Of a stretch of DNA of 64,000 nucleotides, positions 20,778-30,295 are shown one piece after another. Every line of letters starts with the position of its first letter. Position 1 is the first letter of the stretch. The stretch is taken from the NCBI GenBank assembly GCA_963662285.2, contig CAXXMV010000006.1, positions 704,001 to 768,000 on the forward strand, in the 5' to 3' direction. This DNA comes from a bacterium (lineage in GTDB: Bacteria > Hinthialibacterota > Hinthialibacteria > Hinthialibacterales > Hinthialibacteraceae). A program made the position numbers and the translations under genes. The notes under the pieces are model-generated. The model was not told the DNA's origin. It did no database searches and was given only the letters and a program-made list of their open reading frames with translations.

Positions 20778-21251
20778 ATGAAGAAAAAAACTAATATTAT
20801 AGTGCTATGTCTTATAGTCGCATCAATGTCAATTTATTCGTTGCAGACATATTCACATTGTCAGATTCCATGCGGCATCTATGACGATGAGATGCGGTTT
20901 ACTATGTTGCTGGAGCATATAACCACTATCGAAAAAAGTATGAAATTGATTGATGAGTTGAGCGCTGATGATGCAGCTGCGCATACCAATCAGATTGTGC
21001 GTTGGGTTAATAATAAAGAGAACCACGCCGATGCATTCACCGAAATTGTAACGCAGTATTTTCTGGCGCAGCGCATTAAACCAGTGGATGCCGCAGACAA
21101 AGCCGACTATGGAGATTATACCAAGAAACTGGTATTGCTTCATAAAATGATGGTGTCGGCTATGAAATCGAAGCAGACCACGGATGTTAAGCACACGGAA
21201 GATTTGAAAAAACTGGTCAAGGATTTTCATGACCTATATGGTCATAAATAA
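20778..21251 (+). CDS. sodN: Nickel superoxide dismutase precursor
   Basis: Nickel-hook HCQIPCGIYD after a 26-aa leader; also RWVNNKENHA and YFLAQRIKP. Confidence 0.92.
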   Translation: MKKKTNIIVLCLIVASMSIYSLQTYSHCQIPCGIYDDEMRFTMLLEHITTIEKSMKLIDELSADDAAAHTNQIVRWVNNKENHADAFTEIVTQYFLAQRIKPVDAADKADYGDYTKKLVLLHKMMVSAMKSKQTTDVKHTEDLKKLVKDFHDLYGHK

Positions 21252-21299
21252 AAGCGGTTATAGTTGAATTATCAGATTAACTTAAGTGGTATTAACGTT

Positions 21300-21335
21300 C
21301 CCCTCACCCTAGCCCTCTCCCGGCGGGAGAGGGGA
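21300..21335 (+). repeat. REP family C copy overlapping the 3' end of the metallophosphoesterase gene
   Basis: CCCCTCACCCTAGCCCTCTCCCGGCGGGAGAGGGGA. Confidence 0.8.
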
Positions 21336-22446
21336 TTGTTTTTAAAGAGGGGACTATTTTAATCATGGTCATTTCGGGGGGGCAGAATAATCTTATGGGG
21401 GGGATGCCGCGGGCGTGTTCGCTGCCTACTCCTGCCGATACATTGATGGTGGTTTGGCCGACTTTGCGGTATCCGCGTCCCCATTGGCGGGGGAATTCGC
21501 ATAACACTGATAGCGGACCAATGCCCGGGATGCGGATTTGCCCGCCGTGAGTGTGACCAGCCAGACACAGGTCGATGGGCATATCGGAAACATGGAGTAT
21601 GAAGGTGGGCATGTGACCCAGCAGAATGGTGAGTTCATTGGCTTGGCAGGTATCAAGCCAGGCGCGGGTGGCGCTAGAGTCGAATCTTTTGTGACGCGAT
21701 TGCCGCAGGTGCAGCCCGAAGATTCGGATGTTGGTTCCATAGTAAGGGATGATGGCTTCGGTTGCGTATAGGATTTTCATGGGGCCAATGCCGTTATGTA
21801 AATCATGGGGAAGAAAGTCATCGGTGTTGCCTTCGATAGTGTACATTCCCAGGGGCGGGGATAACTGCTCGAATAGCGCTGAGATTTTGGGGATTTCTGA
21901 ATCCCAGGTTGCGGGAGGTCGGGGCTGCAGCAAGTCGCCGGTGTGGAGAATTAAATCGGGATTGAGCTGTTTGATCTTCTCGAAAACTGACGCTTCATAA
22001 TCGCTTACCGCGGCTGATTGAATATCGGAGATGTGCAGTACATTGAGGGGCTGCGAAATTTTATCTGTGGCGTAAGTCACTGTGCGAACCTTGAGTTGAT
22101 AAGGTTCGATATGGGACGCGTAGTAATGCAGCATTAATAATGCAAACCCGGCCAGCGCTGAACCCAACGCATAGCGGTTCACGGCGATGCATTTGCGGTG
22201 TTTATAGGTCGCCTGGTAAGCGGCGGTTCCAGTGATTAACAGGAAAACGGGGAAGAGGATAGTATTAAAAAAGTAAGCCTTGCCCACGAACTCGAAAAAC
22301 CTGACGAATTGCAGCAATAATTCCAGACCAAAATATAGATTGATAATGATAAAGCAGGTCGGCTGCAACCATAGGAGCACTGCAATAGAACGCAAACGTC
22401 TATCTGTTATGGGATGATCAGGGGTGATGGTGTTTATTTTTTGCAT
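21304..22446 (-). CDS. Membrane-anchored metallophosphoesterase (YkuE/YaeI-like)
   Basis: N-terminal TMs, then HISDIQ, HTGDL, IEGNTD, LLGHMP, LAGHTHGGQI and SAGVG..PIRLFCPPE. Confidence 0.9.
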   Translation of the reverse strand: MQKINTITPDHPITDRRLRSIAVLLWLQPTCFIIINLYFGLELLLQFVRFFEFVGKAYFFNTILFPVFLLITGTAAYQATYKHRKCIAVNRYALGSALAGFALLMLHYYASHIEPYQLKVRTVTYATDKISQPLNVLHISDIQSAAVSDYEASVFEKIKQLNPDLILHTGDLLQPRPPATWDSEIPKISALFEQLSPPLGMYTIEGNTDDFLPHDLHNGIGPMKILYATEAIIPYYGTNIRIFGLHLRQSRHKRFDSSATRAWLDTCQANELTILLGHMPTFILHVSDMPIDLCLAGHTHGGQIRIPGIGPLSVLCEFPRQWGRGYRKVGQTTINVSAGVGSEHARGIPPIRLFCPPEMTMIKIVPSLKTIPSPAGRGLG

Positions 22447-22974
22447 GAAATATATTTTGTATCCTGAATATTAGACCTATAGCAAAACCAACTCATTCAA
22501 ATGTAAATGACTTGTTAAAAAAACTTGAGCGCCAATGAAAGTATATTTTCTGTACTTGTTTGAGTTTACCTCTTTTTTTCCAGAATTCCCACCAACGATC
22601 CACATGGAAGACAGAATCATCATTCAGTTCATAGTTCCTATAGCGGGATTTTACGCCTCAAAATGATGCGCCCACAGATATCAACATTACCAATTTGACC
22701 ATCCAGGAAAACTCAGGCAATAGCGTAGTAGGCGATCTGTCTACAACTGATCCAGATAATTGATGGATTTTTTTTTATCTTCGATGCTATACTTCAATGT
22801 AGTCGTGTGAATAACACTATAATTTTCGTCCATATAATCTACCTTTAGCCTCCATGCGTTGCACTGGTAAGGTTCGTTGAGGTTTTCATCTATTATGATT
22901 TTCCATCTTCGTCAGAATTTCGAAGGTGGTCGATTTTATAGGAATAGACATCTGCACCGTTTGAGGTCTGCATA

Positions 22975-25900
22975 ATGCAAGAGAGATTACCGCATCACCT
23001 TAGGCATGGTTTAAGATATTTAACTCTTCTATTAAATAACTTGTTATTTATTTGTGTTTTTTTATCTGGAAGCGCGTGGTCGCAGAAATCGCCATATTGG
23101 CGATTCTGGACGGCTGAGGATGGCCTGGGTGAATCATTTTCTTCATCAGTAACCATTAGTCATAATGGGAATATTTGGGTAAACCATGGAGATATAGAAC
23201 ATATAACCAGGCTCGATGGCTATATAGTGCACAATATCTTAAGTCCAGGTACAGATGTTAAGGTTTTTGAAAACCGATTCGGGCAGATCTGGTCAATCAA
23301 TAAGGATGGATTTATAGAATTTAAGGATGGAGAGTGGATTAGTTATCCAATAAATGAATTCTCTGAAATTTACGAAATTGATGGAATTGATTATGAAGCG
23401 CTTCCATTTTTCCCAATCAATCGCGACCAAATAATTTTTCTTCTACCCAATCGCCTGATGTTGTACAATGCTTCAACCAAAGAAAAAATTTTAATAAAAC
23501 ATGTTGATGATACCCATATGGAGTCATTCATAAATATGACTGTTTCCTGCTTGGGGGAAATCTGTATCACTGGAAAAAAAGGCATCACGATAATTCACCA
23601 AATAGAAGGCCAATCTGTTATTGCCGCCAAGTGGAATGAGTATGCTGTAGGCAGTTCCTTGGGTTTGGTTGATTTTCAAGAGCCAGTTGATACAGTTGAT
23701 GGCGGCTTTCTTATTATTGCTTCGGATATGCAAAAAGGGAAAAAAGTTTTGGTAAAGTTTACTGCTGATACTTTGAATATTTTATCCCAAAACATAGGAG
23801 ACATGATCTGTTGCTGGCCAGATAATGATAATGGCTTTTGGGCTTCTGAATTTCCTTCTCAACATCTAGCGCGTATTTTAGCAAACGGAGATCGTTTTAC
23901 AGTTGAAAATGATTCATTATCAGGTTCAATAAATGATGTCGCACTAGATGTAAATGGAGTGTTTTGGCTTGGTACTTCTCAAAATTTGGCAAGATACGCG
24001 CCCCCACTTTGGTCTACTCCTGTAAGCATTGACCATATAAAAAGCATAGTACATGCTATACGTGAAGATGAAAAAGGGCGCTTGTGGTTTGCCGCAACGG
24101 ACAGACTGGTTCTGTTGCAAGACGAAATTTGGAAAGTATATCCATTGCCGGATGCTATGCGTTCAGATTTTACAACAACGCAATGTTTATGTATTTTACC
24201 CGATGGACGAATAGTAATACAAACTCGAAAAAACAGTAAAGATATACTTGTTTTCAATCCACAAACTGAACAATTCGAGATTGAAAAGCAACCGGAGAGG
24301 AGAAAAGTTCGCTTCATTTCTCAATCCAGAGGAGATGATCTGTGGCTTCAAACAGGTTCTTCAAGTGATTATCGGCTCGAATTGTTTGACGGAGTGAATT
24401 TTCGTTCTGTGTTAGACCTTGGGGATCAATGGAATATTGATAATCTTCGATATCTCCATGAAACCAATGACGGCGATCTTTGGATAGGGGGTACAGGAGG
24501 TCTGGCGCTTTACAGTGATGGTAAATATAGCATTTTCGATAATAGTAAGGGCTTTTCAGGCGATGGTGCGTTCATTATTGAGCAAATCGGGGAGGGGAAA
24601 ATATGGATTGGAGACCGGAGCAAAATATACGAATTCGATGGTGAGCATTTTACTGAAATTTGGGACGGTTTGGACAAGGGACGTTCCATGATCGCAAGCA
24701 GTAATGGAAATGTTTGGGTAGCAGCAGGAAATGGGCTGCATCGCCAAATGGATAATTCATGGATTACCTATACGGTTGAAGACGGCCTTCCATCCACAAT
24801 AACATATACCGTATTTGAAGATAGCAAAGGACGTATTTGGTCGGGAACGGCGCGGGGTATCGGGCTTTTCAATCCAAATGCAGATAATGACCCTCCTGAA
24901 ACCATTATGGATTTTGACAAAAGTATTGATGAAGTCCCACCCATAGGAGACGCTCTTATTTTTTATTCCGGGATTGATAAATGGAAATTTACTGAAGAAC
25001 ACAGACTTTTGTTCTCATATCGTTTAGATAATAGTCCCTGGAGCCTTTTTTCCGAGAAAAAATTCACATTTTTCAAAGGTTTATCTTATGGAGATCACTT
25101 TTTTGAAGTGCGTGTGATGGATCGCAACGGGAATATAGATCCAACACCAGCTAATTTTAACTTTACGGTTTTATTGCCGTGGTATAGAGAGGCCGGTTTT
25201 ATTATATTCTCTTCAATTGGAATGATCATTATCTTCCTCTTATTAGGATATGCAATTACGCGATATCTTTGGCTGGAAAAATTGATTGAACTTCACACTG
25301 CTGAGTTAACAGCGCTCAACCTATCCATGGAACAGGAAATAACCGAAAGCGAGGAACGATATCGCGTGATATTGGAAGATTCGCCGGTGTTGATCTGTCG
25401 TTTTCTGCCAAACGGCAAAATCGTGTTTGTTAACAAAGCTTTCTGCAAATACTTCGGCAAGACGCCTGAGGTATTGATCGGTTCAAATTTTATGTTAATG
25501 ATTCCCGATGAGGTTCGGGAAGAAGTGATGGCCAAAGTTACAGCGCTTAAGGCTGAGTCGCCGACGCAGTCGTATGAGTACCAGGTGATCGCGCCGGGCG
25601 TCGATATCCGCTGGCAACGATGGACTTACCGTGCGCTTTTCGATTCCAAGGGACAAACTCTCGCTTATCAGTCCATCGGCGAAGACATCACTGAACATAA
25701 ACGGGCGGAGGAAGAATTATTTAAAGCCCGTAAACTGGAATCAATTGGCATCCTTGCAGGTGGAATTGCCCATGATTTTAATAATCTTCTAACGGCTATC
25801 ATTGGCAACAACTCATTAGTAAAAATGTTATGCAAATCATCAAGTAAAGTTACCATGTGTTTGAATGAAGTTGAAAAAGCAGCGTTCCGGGCGCAAGGCC

Positions 25901-26850
25901 TGACTCAACAATTGCTTACTTTTTCCAAAGGCGGAGCCCCTGTAAAAGAAAGCGCAAATGTCATTGACCTTATAAAAGATACAGCAACATTTTCCTTGCG
26001 TGGTTCGAATGTTTCCTGCGTCTTTCGTTTTCAAGAGGATCTTTGGCTGGTCAATGTAGATAAAGGGCAGTTTAGCCAGGTTATTCAAAATCTGGTGATT
26101 AATGCAAATCAGGCAATGCCGGATGGTGGAACCATTGAAATAATCGGGGAGAATATAAGACTTTCAGATGATGACGTAAAGAATGATTCGAATCTCCGAG
26201 AGGGAGATTATGTAAAACTTTCGATTAAGGATCAGGGTACTGGCATATTAAAAGAACATCTGCAAAAATTATTTGATCCCTATTTTACCACAAAACCAAA
26301 AGGCAATGGATTGGGATTAGCCACAACGTATTCCATCATGAAAAATCATGATGGAATAATAACGGTTGAATCGCAAATAGGAACAGGAACCACCTTTACT
26401 CTTTATCTTCCTATCGCAACGGTAAAAACTTTGAAAGAACAAGTTACCGTCCAGAAAAAAAATATAACATGCAAGGGGCGGATTTTGATCATGGATGATG
26501 AAAAAATGATCAGAGATGTCGCTGGTAATATACTTAGTCAAATGGGTTATGAAGTTTATTTTGCCAAGGAAGGAAATGAAACTATCAAAAAGTACCTTGA
26601 TGCCAGGGATTCGGGGAATCCAATTAACATCCTAATTATGGATTTGACAATACCGGGAGGTATGGGCGGCGAGGAAACCTTGAAAAGATTGTTAGACATT
26701 GATCCGCTAGTCAAAGCTGTTGTTTCAAGCGGATATTCAGGCGATCCTATAATGGCTGAATATAAAAAATATGGATTTGTTGGAGTAATCAGCAAACCAT
26801 ACAACATTGAAGAGTTGGGTATAGTATTACAGAATGTGTTGAGTGAGTAG
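22975..26850 (+). CDS. Hybrid sensor histidine kinase (beta-propeller + Y_Y_Y + PAS + HisKA/HATPase + REC)
   Basis: EDGL and IREDEKGRLW propeller repeats, FEVRVMDRNGNIDPTPA, LAGGIAHDFNNLL, NLVINANQAM, FDPYFTTK..GNGLGL and ILIMDDE. Confidence 0.95.
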   Translation: MQERLPHHLRHGLRYLTLLLNNLLFICVFLSGSAWSQKSPYWRFWTAEDGLGESFSSSVTISHNGNIWVNHGDIEHITRLDGYIVHNILSPGTDVKVFENRFGQIWSINKDGFIEFKDGEWISYPINEFSEIYEIDGIDYEALPFFPINRDQIIFLLPNRLMLYNASTKEKILIKHVDDTHMESFINMTVSCLGEICITGKKGITIIHQIEGQSVIAAKWNEYAVGSSLGLVDFQEPVDTVDGGFLIIASDMQKGKKVLVKFTADTLNILSQNIGDMICCWPDNDNGFWASEFPSQHLARILANGDRFTVENDSLSGSINDVALDVNGVFWLGTSQNLARYAPPLWSTPVSIDHIKSIVHAIREDEKGRLWFAATDRLVLLQDEIWKVYPLPDAMRSDFTTTQCLCILPDGRIVIQTRKNSKDILVFNPQTEQFEIEKQPERRKVRFISQSRGDDLWLQTGSSSDYRLELFDGVNFRSVLDLGDQWNIDNLRYLHETNDGDLWIGGTGGLALYSDGKYSIFDNSKGFSGDGAFIIEQIGEGKIWIGDRSKIYEFDGEHFTEIWDGLDKGRSMIASSNGNVWVAAGNGLHRQMDNSWITYTVEDGLPSTITYTVFEDSKGRIWSGTARGIGLFNPNADNDPPETIMDFDKSIDEVPPIGDALIFYSGIDKWKFTEEHRLLFSYRLDNSPWSLFSEKKFTFFKGLSYGDHFFEVRVMDRNGNIDPTPANFNFTVLLPWYREAGFIIFSSIGMIIIFLLLGYAITRYLWLEKLIELHTAELTALNLSMEQEITESEERYRVILEDSPVLICRFLPNGKIVFVNKAFCKYFGKTPEVLIGSNFMLMIPDEVREEVMAKVTALKAESPTQSYEYQVIAPGVDIRWQRWTYRALFDSKGQTLAYQSIGEDITEHKRAEEELFKARKLESIGILAGGIAHDFNNLLTAIIGNNSLVKMLCKSSSKVTMCLNEVEKAAFRAQGLTQQLLTFSKGGAPVKESANVIDLIKDTATFSLRGSNVSCVFRFQEDLWLVNVDKGQFSQVIQNLVINANQAMPDGGTIEIIGENIRLSDDDVKNDSNLREGDYVKLSIKDQGTGILKEHLQKLFDPYFTTKPKGNGLGLATTYSIMKNHDGIITVESQIGTGTTFTLYLPIATVKTLKEQVTVQKKNITCKGRILIMDDEKMIRDVAGNILSQMGYEVYFAKEGNETIKKYLDARDSGNPINILIMDLTIPGGMGGEETLKRLLDIDPLVKAVVSSGYSGDPIMAEYKKYGFVGVISKPYNIEELGIVLQNVLSE

Positions 26851-27009
26851 TTTACTGTAATCAACATATCTTCCGCTAAGAGAGTATTTATCCGTCTGAT
26901 TTATCTTGGTAACAAACTAAAAATGAGAATTTACTTGACATCTGGGGTATAGGTATTAGCTTATATAAAATAATGTTGAATTTTAACAATAATAAGGAAG
27001 GGTATTAAC

Positions 27010-27513
27010 ATGGAACGTACTGGAGTTATTACATTCAAAGGAAACGCTTTGACTTTGTTGGGAGCAGAACCGAAAATTGGAGACGCTGCACCAGATTTCA
27101 CCGTAACGGATAATGGTTTGGGCGCTGTCAAACTATCGGATTTCAAAGGCAGCACCGTGATTATTTCCGCAGTACCATCGCTGGATACGCCGGTCTGTGA
27201 ATTGCAAACCAAGCGTTTTAATGAAGAAGCCGCTAAATTGGACGCCAAAGTCCTGACTATCAGCATGGATCTTCCCTTCGCCCAGGCCCGGTTTTGCGAA
27301 GCGCATAAAGTTGAAGGCGTTTCATGTCTGTCGGATTACAAAGACCGTTCGTTCGCCGAGGCTTATGGCTTGATGATTAAAGAACTGGCATTGATTACCA
27401 GAGCCGTATTTGTCATCGATAAAGAAGGCAAACTGATTTACCAACAAATCGTGCCCGAAGTGACCGATGAACCTAATTATGCTGAAGTTCTTGAAGTTGC
27501 TAAAAATGCCTGA
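27010..27513 (+). CDS. tpx: Thiol peroxidase (atypical 2-Cys peroxiredoxin)
   Basis: SAVPSLDTPVCELQTKRFN and ISMDLPFAQARFC. Confidence 0.95.
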   Translation: MERTGVITFKGNALTLLGAEPKIGDAAPDFTVTDNGLGAVKLSDFKGSTVIISAVPSLDTPVCELQTKRFNEEAAKLDAKVLTISMDLPFAQARFCEAHKVEGVSCLSDYKDRSFAEAYGLMIKELALITRAVFVIDKEGKLIYQQIVPEVTDEPNYAEVLEVAKNA

Positions 27514-27551
27514 TCTTCAGGCTAGGTTTTAAGCAAATATATTAATAATAA

Positions 27552-27580
27552 GAAAGGGGACAAGATGATTGTCCCCTTTC
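27552..27580. terminator. Hairpin between convergent tpx and M56 genes
   Basis: GAAAGGGGACAA-gatga-TTGTCCCCTTTC. Confidence 0.7.
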
Positions 27581-27581
27581 G

Positions 27582-29564
27582 TTATTCAACTGTTATGGCG
27601 ACAAGGAACGGGGCGCAGTTGGTCATTTTGGAGATGTAATCAATGCTTTTAACTTGTACATCAGGCCGTGGATTTTTCCAGGTGGTTTTGAATAACCTGA
27701 TGGGATTTGAGGCCGCATTGATGTCATCCTCTTGTTTAGTAGTATCCATGCCGACAATGGTCTTGATAACTGATTCTATACGCGCTCTTTTGGGATTGCG
27801 TTGGTATTTTATGATAGTCCTCGACAAATCATTGGCGCCCTGCCATGCAATAACCGTGTTTTCCGGTTCCAGGGTTTCATATCGATAACGCCACCAGTCC
27901 AATAGATGATTGCCGTAGATGATTTTGCATTCATGGGTAGTGTCATCTGAGTAATTGAAAATGTATGAACCGATATGCATTCCATACTGCGTTTGCCAAC
28001 TGGTGGCATGTAATACGTGAAACTTTTCAAAAGTTTTATCCACTTTGATGTCTCTTACCTGTTCGGGAAATAGAGCGCCTTCACTCTTCATCACCCTTCC
28101 CAATAGCTGAACTACGCCGCGGATGTCAAACTGAACATCGTCGAATTCCTGAATCCCCGATGGAATATCAGCCAGATCGTTAACAAGCGACTTGAGAGAT
28201 GCAGGTGTTACGCTATCCACGGTTTGCCAGGTTCCAATCAGTCCAGCATTGTAATAATCTGTCAGATCAATCAGATTACCGCCCGCTTTTGGATCACGGT
28301 CTGGAATATATTGGCGGTCGATGCCTTTACCCGGGTGATTGATATATTTGGGAATATGTTTCGAGTCTGATGTCGCGATCAGTTTAAGTTTAGCATTCCA
28401 GCCTGATGGTTCTTTCTGTTCAACAACAATTTGTTCTTCATCATTGCCTTGGTTGGCATAGGCGAAATCCAGTACGCTGAGTGAGGCGACTACAATCCCC
28501 CAGAACATCAAGAAACAGACGATCCACTCCAAGGAAAGAGGAAAATAGGGGATGCCGTTGGCCAGTCGTCTCAGACGGGAATTGATTTTGCTGGAACGCA
28601 CCATAGGCGCCGCGTTGAGCGCATAGGCCTGGTTGGATATCTCCAAAGCAATTTTTGCTAAACTACCAGCATAATGATCTGTATTACCCAAGACTTGGGC
28701 CGCTCTTAGATCGCACGAATATTCACAAGCTTTTTCATGTGATCTACGAATACCCCAGACCAGGGGGTGAATCCATAAAAAGGCATGTAAAAACCGGAAA
28801 CAAGCCATCCAGAAAAGATCATGGTTACAGATATGAGATAATTCGTGAGCGAATATAGAGGCTAAATCGTTTAGATAATCAGCCTGAGACATTCGTTGGG
28901 GAAGAATAATCATGGGATTAAAACAACCATAGATATAGGGAACATCAGTTTTTGATGAGATGCGAACTTTTACATTATGACGGCATCCTAATTGCGACGC
29001 ATATTGGCCGCATAAATTTTGCATCTTTTCATCGACCGGCGTGGAATCCGAGATTTCATGGACCAGTTTGTATTGGTGATAGAGAATGCGGATCAATAAA
29101 ATGGTAATCCCTATGCACCAGGCCAATAAAATCGCAATTAATACTTGCCTTATGATTGCCTCGTTTGGCAAATATTGTTCTTTAGATATATCAGAAATAG
29201 TATTTGAAACTATAGGCGTTGTGAGGTTGTCAGTTTTTTTGTTGATTGCATCTATTGAATTAGAACTCTTACTTGCTTCGATGGGAATAGATTTGTTTGA
29301 ATCCACGAGATCGGTATCAGCGGCGATCCTTGGCTGATTATCAACGTGAAAGAGTGATACGGAATATTTCGGGCTGAACAAAGTCATGATGGGCAGGCAA
29401 ATCAAACTAAGTGCAAAGACGCGCCAGGCGGCGACGCGCCATTGCGCTCGACTCGCCGGAATCAAAAAATGAACCAGCCACGCCGCGCTCAGTAATAAAG
29501 TTACTTTTAATAGAACATTGATCCAGAAAATATCGGTTGTTAATTCGCTGTGTATAGGAAACAT
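27582..29564 (-). CDS. BlaR1-like M56 membrane metallopeptidase with non-PBP extracellular domain
   Basis: AAGGAG before ATG 29564; PYIYGCFNPMIILP, AHELSHICNHD, HPLVW and ACEYSCD. Confidence 0.9.
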   Translation of the reverse strand: MFPIHSELTTDIFWINVLLKVTLLLSAAWLVHFLIPASRAQWRVAAWRVFALSLICLPIMTLFSPKYSVSLFHVDNQPRIAADTDLVDSNKSIPIEASKSSNSIDAINKKTDNLTTPIVSNTISDISKEQYLPNEAIIRQVLIAILLAWCIGITILLIRILYHQYKLVHEISDSTPVDEKMQNLCGQYASQLGCRHNVKVRISSKTDVPYIYGCFNPMIILPQRMSQADYLNDLASIFAHELSHICNHDLFWMACFRFLHAFLWIHPLVWGIRRSHEKACEYSCDLRAAQVLGNTDHYAGSLAKIALEISNQAYALNAAPMVRSSKINSRLRRLANGIPYFPLSLEWIVCFLMFWGIVVASLSVLDFAYANQGNDEEQIVVEQKEPSGWNAKLKLIATSDSKHIPKYINHPGKGIDRQYIPDRDPKAGGNLIDLTDYYNAGLIGTWQTVDSVTPASLKSLVNDLADIPSGIQEFDDVQFDIRGVVQLLGRVMKSEGALFPEQVRDIKVDKTFEKFHVLHATSWQTQYGMHIGSYIFNYSDDTTHECKIIYGNHLLDWWRYRYETLEPENTVIAWQGANDLSRTIIKYQRNPKRARIESVIKTIVGMDTTKQEDDINAASNPIRLFKTTWKNPRPDVQVKSIDYISKMTNCAPFLVAITVE

Positions 29565-29575
29565 GATTGCACTCC

Positions 29576-29956
29576 TTAGTCGGGAGATTTTTGGTCTAAT
29601 CGCTTCTTGGCAATTATCTGTAATTCTTTGATATCCTGTTCTGACAGTTTTTCGGTTTCCATTAAATGGGCGATCAAAGCTGCTGATGAACCGCCGCAAA
29701 ATGCGTTCTTTACTTTCTGAACCATTTTATGCATCGCATTTTGCTGAGGCGTTTTGGCTTCATAGAAATATGCTTTGCCGTTTTTAGTACGAGTAACATG
29801 GCCTTTTTCTACCAGTACGCGCAGCGCCGCCCGTACGGCGGCGTTTTTGATGGAGCGGGGATGCAATTCCTGAACCGCACCCGGTTTCAAAGCGCCATGC
29901 TTCCATAAGATTTGCATAATTTCCAATTCACCGAGGGTAAACTGAGCCATAATCAT
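29576..29956 (-). CDS. BlaI/MecI/CopY-family transcriptional repressor
   Basis: ELEIMQILW, LRVLVEKGHV..KNGKAYFY, FCGGSSAALIAHL and LSEQDIKEL. Confidence 0.92.
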   Translation of the reverse strand: MIMAQFTLGELEIMQILWKHGALKPGAVQELHPRSIKNAAVRAALRVLVEKGHVTRTKNGKAYFYEAKTPQQNAMHKMVQKVKNAFCGGSSAALIAHLMETEKLSEQDIKELQIIAKKRLDQKSPD

Positions 29957-29988
29957 TTCTCCGTTGTATGTGTAGCGAAACCTTCACT

Positions 29989-30027
29989 TGCAAGTGTAGA
30001 TAATACTACAGTACGAAGCTTTGTCAA
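29989..30027 (-). promoter_or_regulatory. Sigma70-type promoter with overlapping putative BlaI operator
   Basis: Minus strand reads TTGACA-N16-TATTAT. The palindrome TGTAG-N6-CTACA (29995-30010) and TACActTGCA, one mismatch from the TACAnnTGTA box, overlap or adjoin the -10. Confidence 0.6.
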
Positions 30028-30206
30028 TTAATATTCAATATTTTTTTATTTTTATAAAATAAAACTAATATCAAGGGTGAGATGAAGCCATGGAATAATC
30101 GTAAGCTGAGTTATATCAAATTATTGATAGATGAGTCAATGTATAGAAAATAATTGAACAAGCTTTGTATTCGCCTCATCTAATGATTATGTTCATGTTT
30201 TTTACA

Positions 30207-30246
30207 CATTATGACAAGGATGCAAACATGCATCCTTGTCATAATG
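30207..30246. other. Perfect 18-bp inverted repeat downstream of the FG-GAP gene
   Basis: CATTATGACAAGGATGCA-AACA-TGCATCCTTGTCATAATG; no clear U-tract. Confidence 0.5.
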
Positions 30247-30295
30247 ATTGAATATTTCAAAAAGATGTTCATCCAGAATAGGATAATTATTATTT

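Noticed and set aside
22447-22974. Long intergenic region as an ncRNA or riboswitch
   Set aside because: No recognisable conserved motif or convincing structure by eye; an Infernal/Rfam scan would be needed.
29565-29699. 45-aa N-terminal extension of the M56 ORF given in the ORF track
   Set aside because: It overlaps blaI; a strong AAGGAG precedes ATG 29564.
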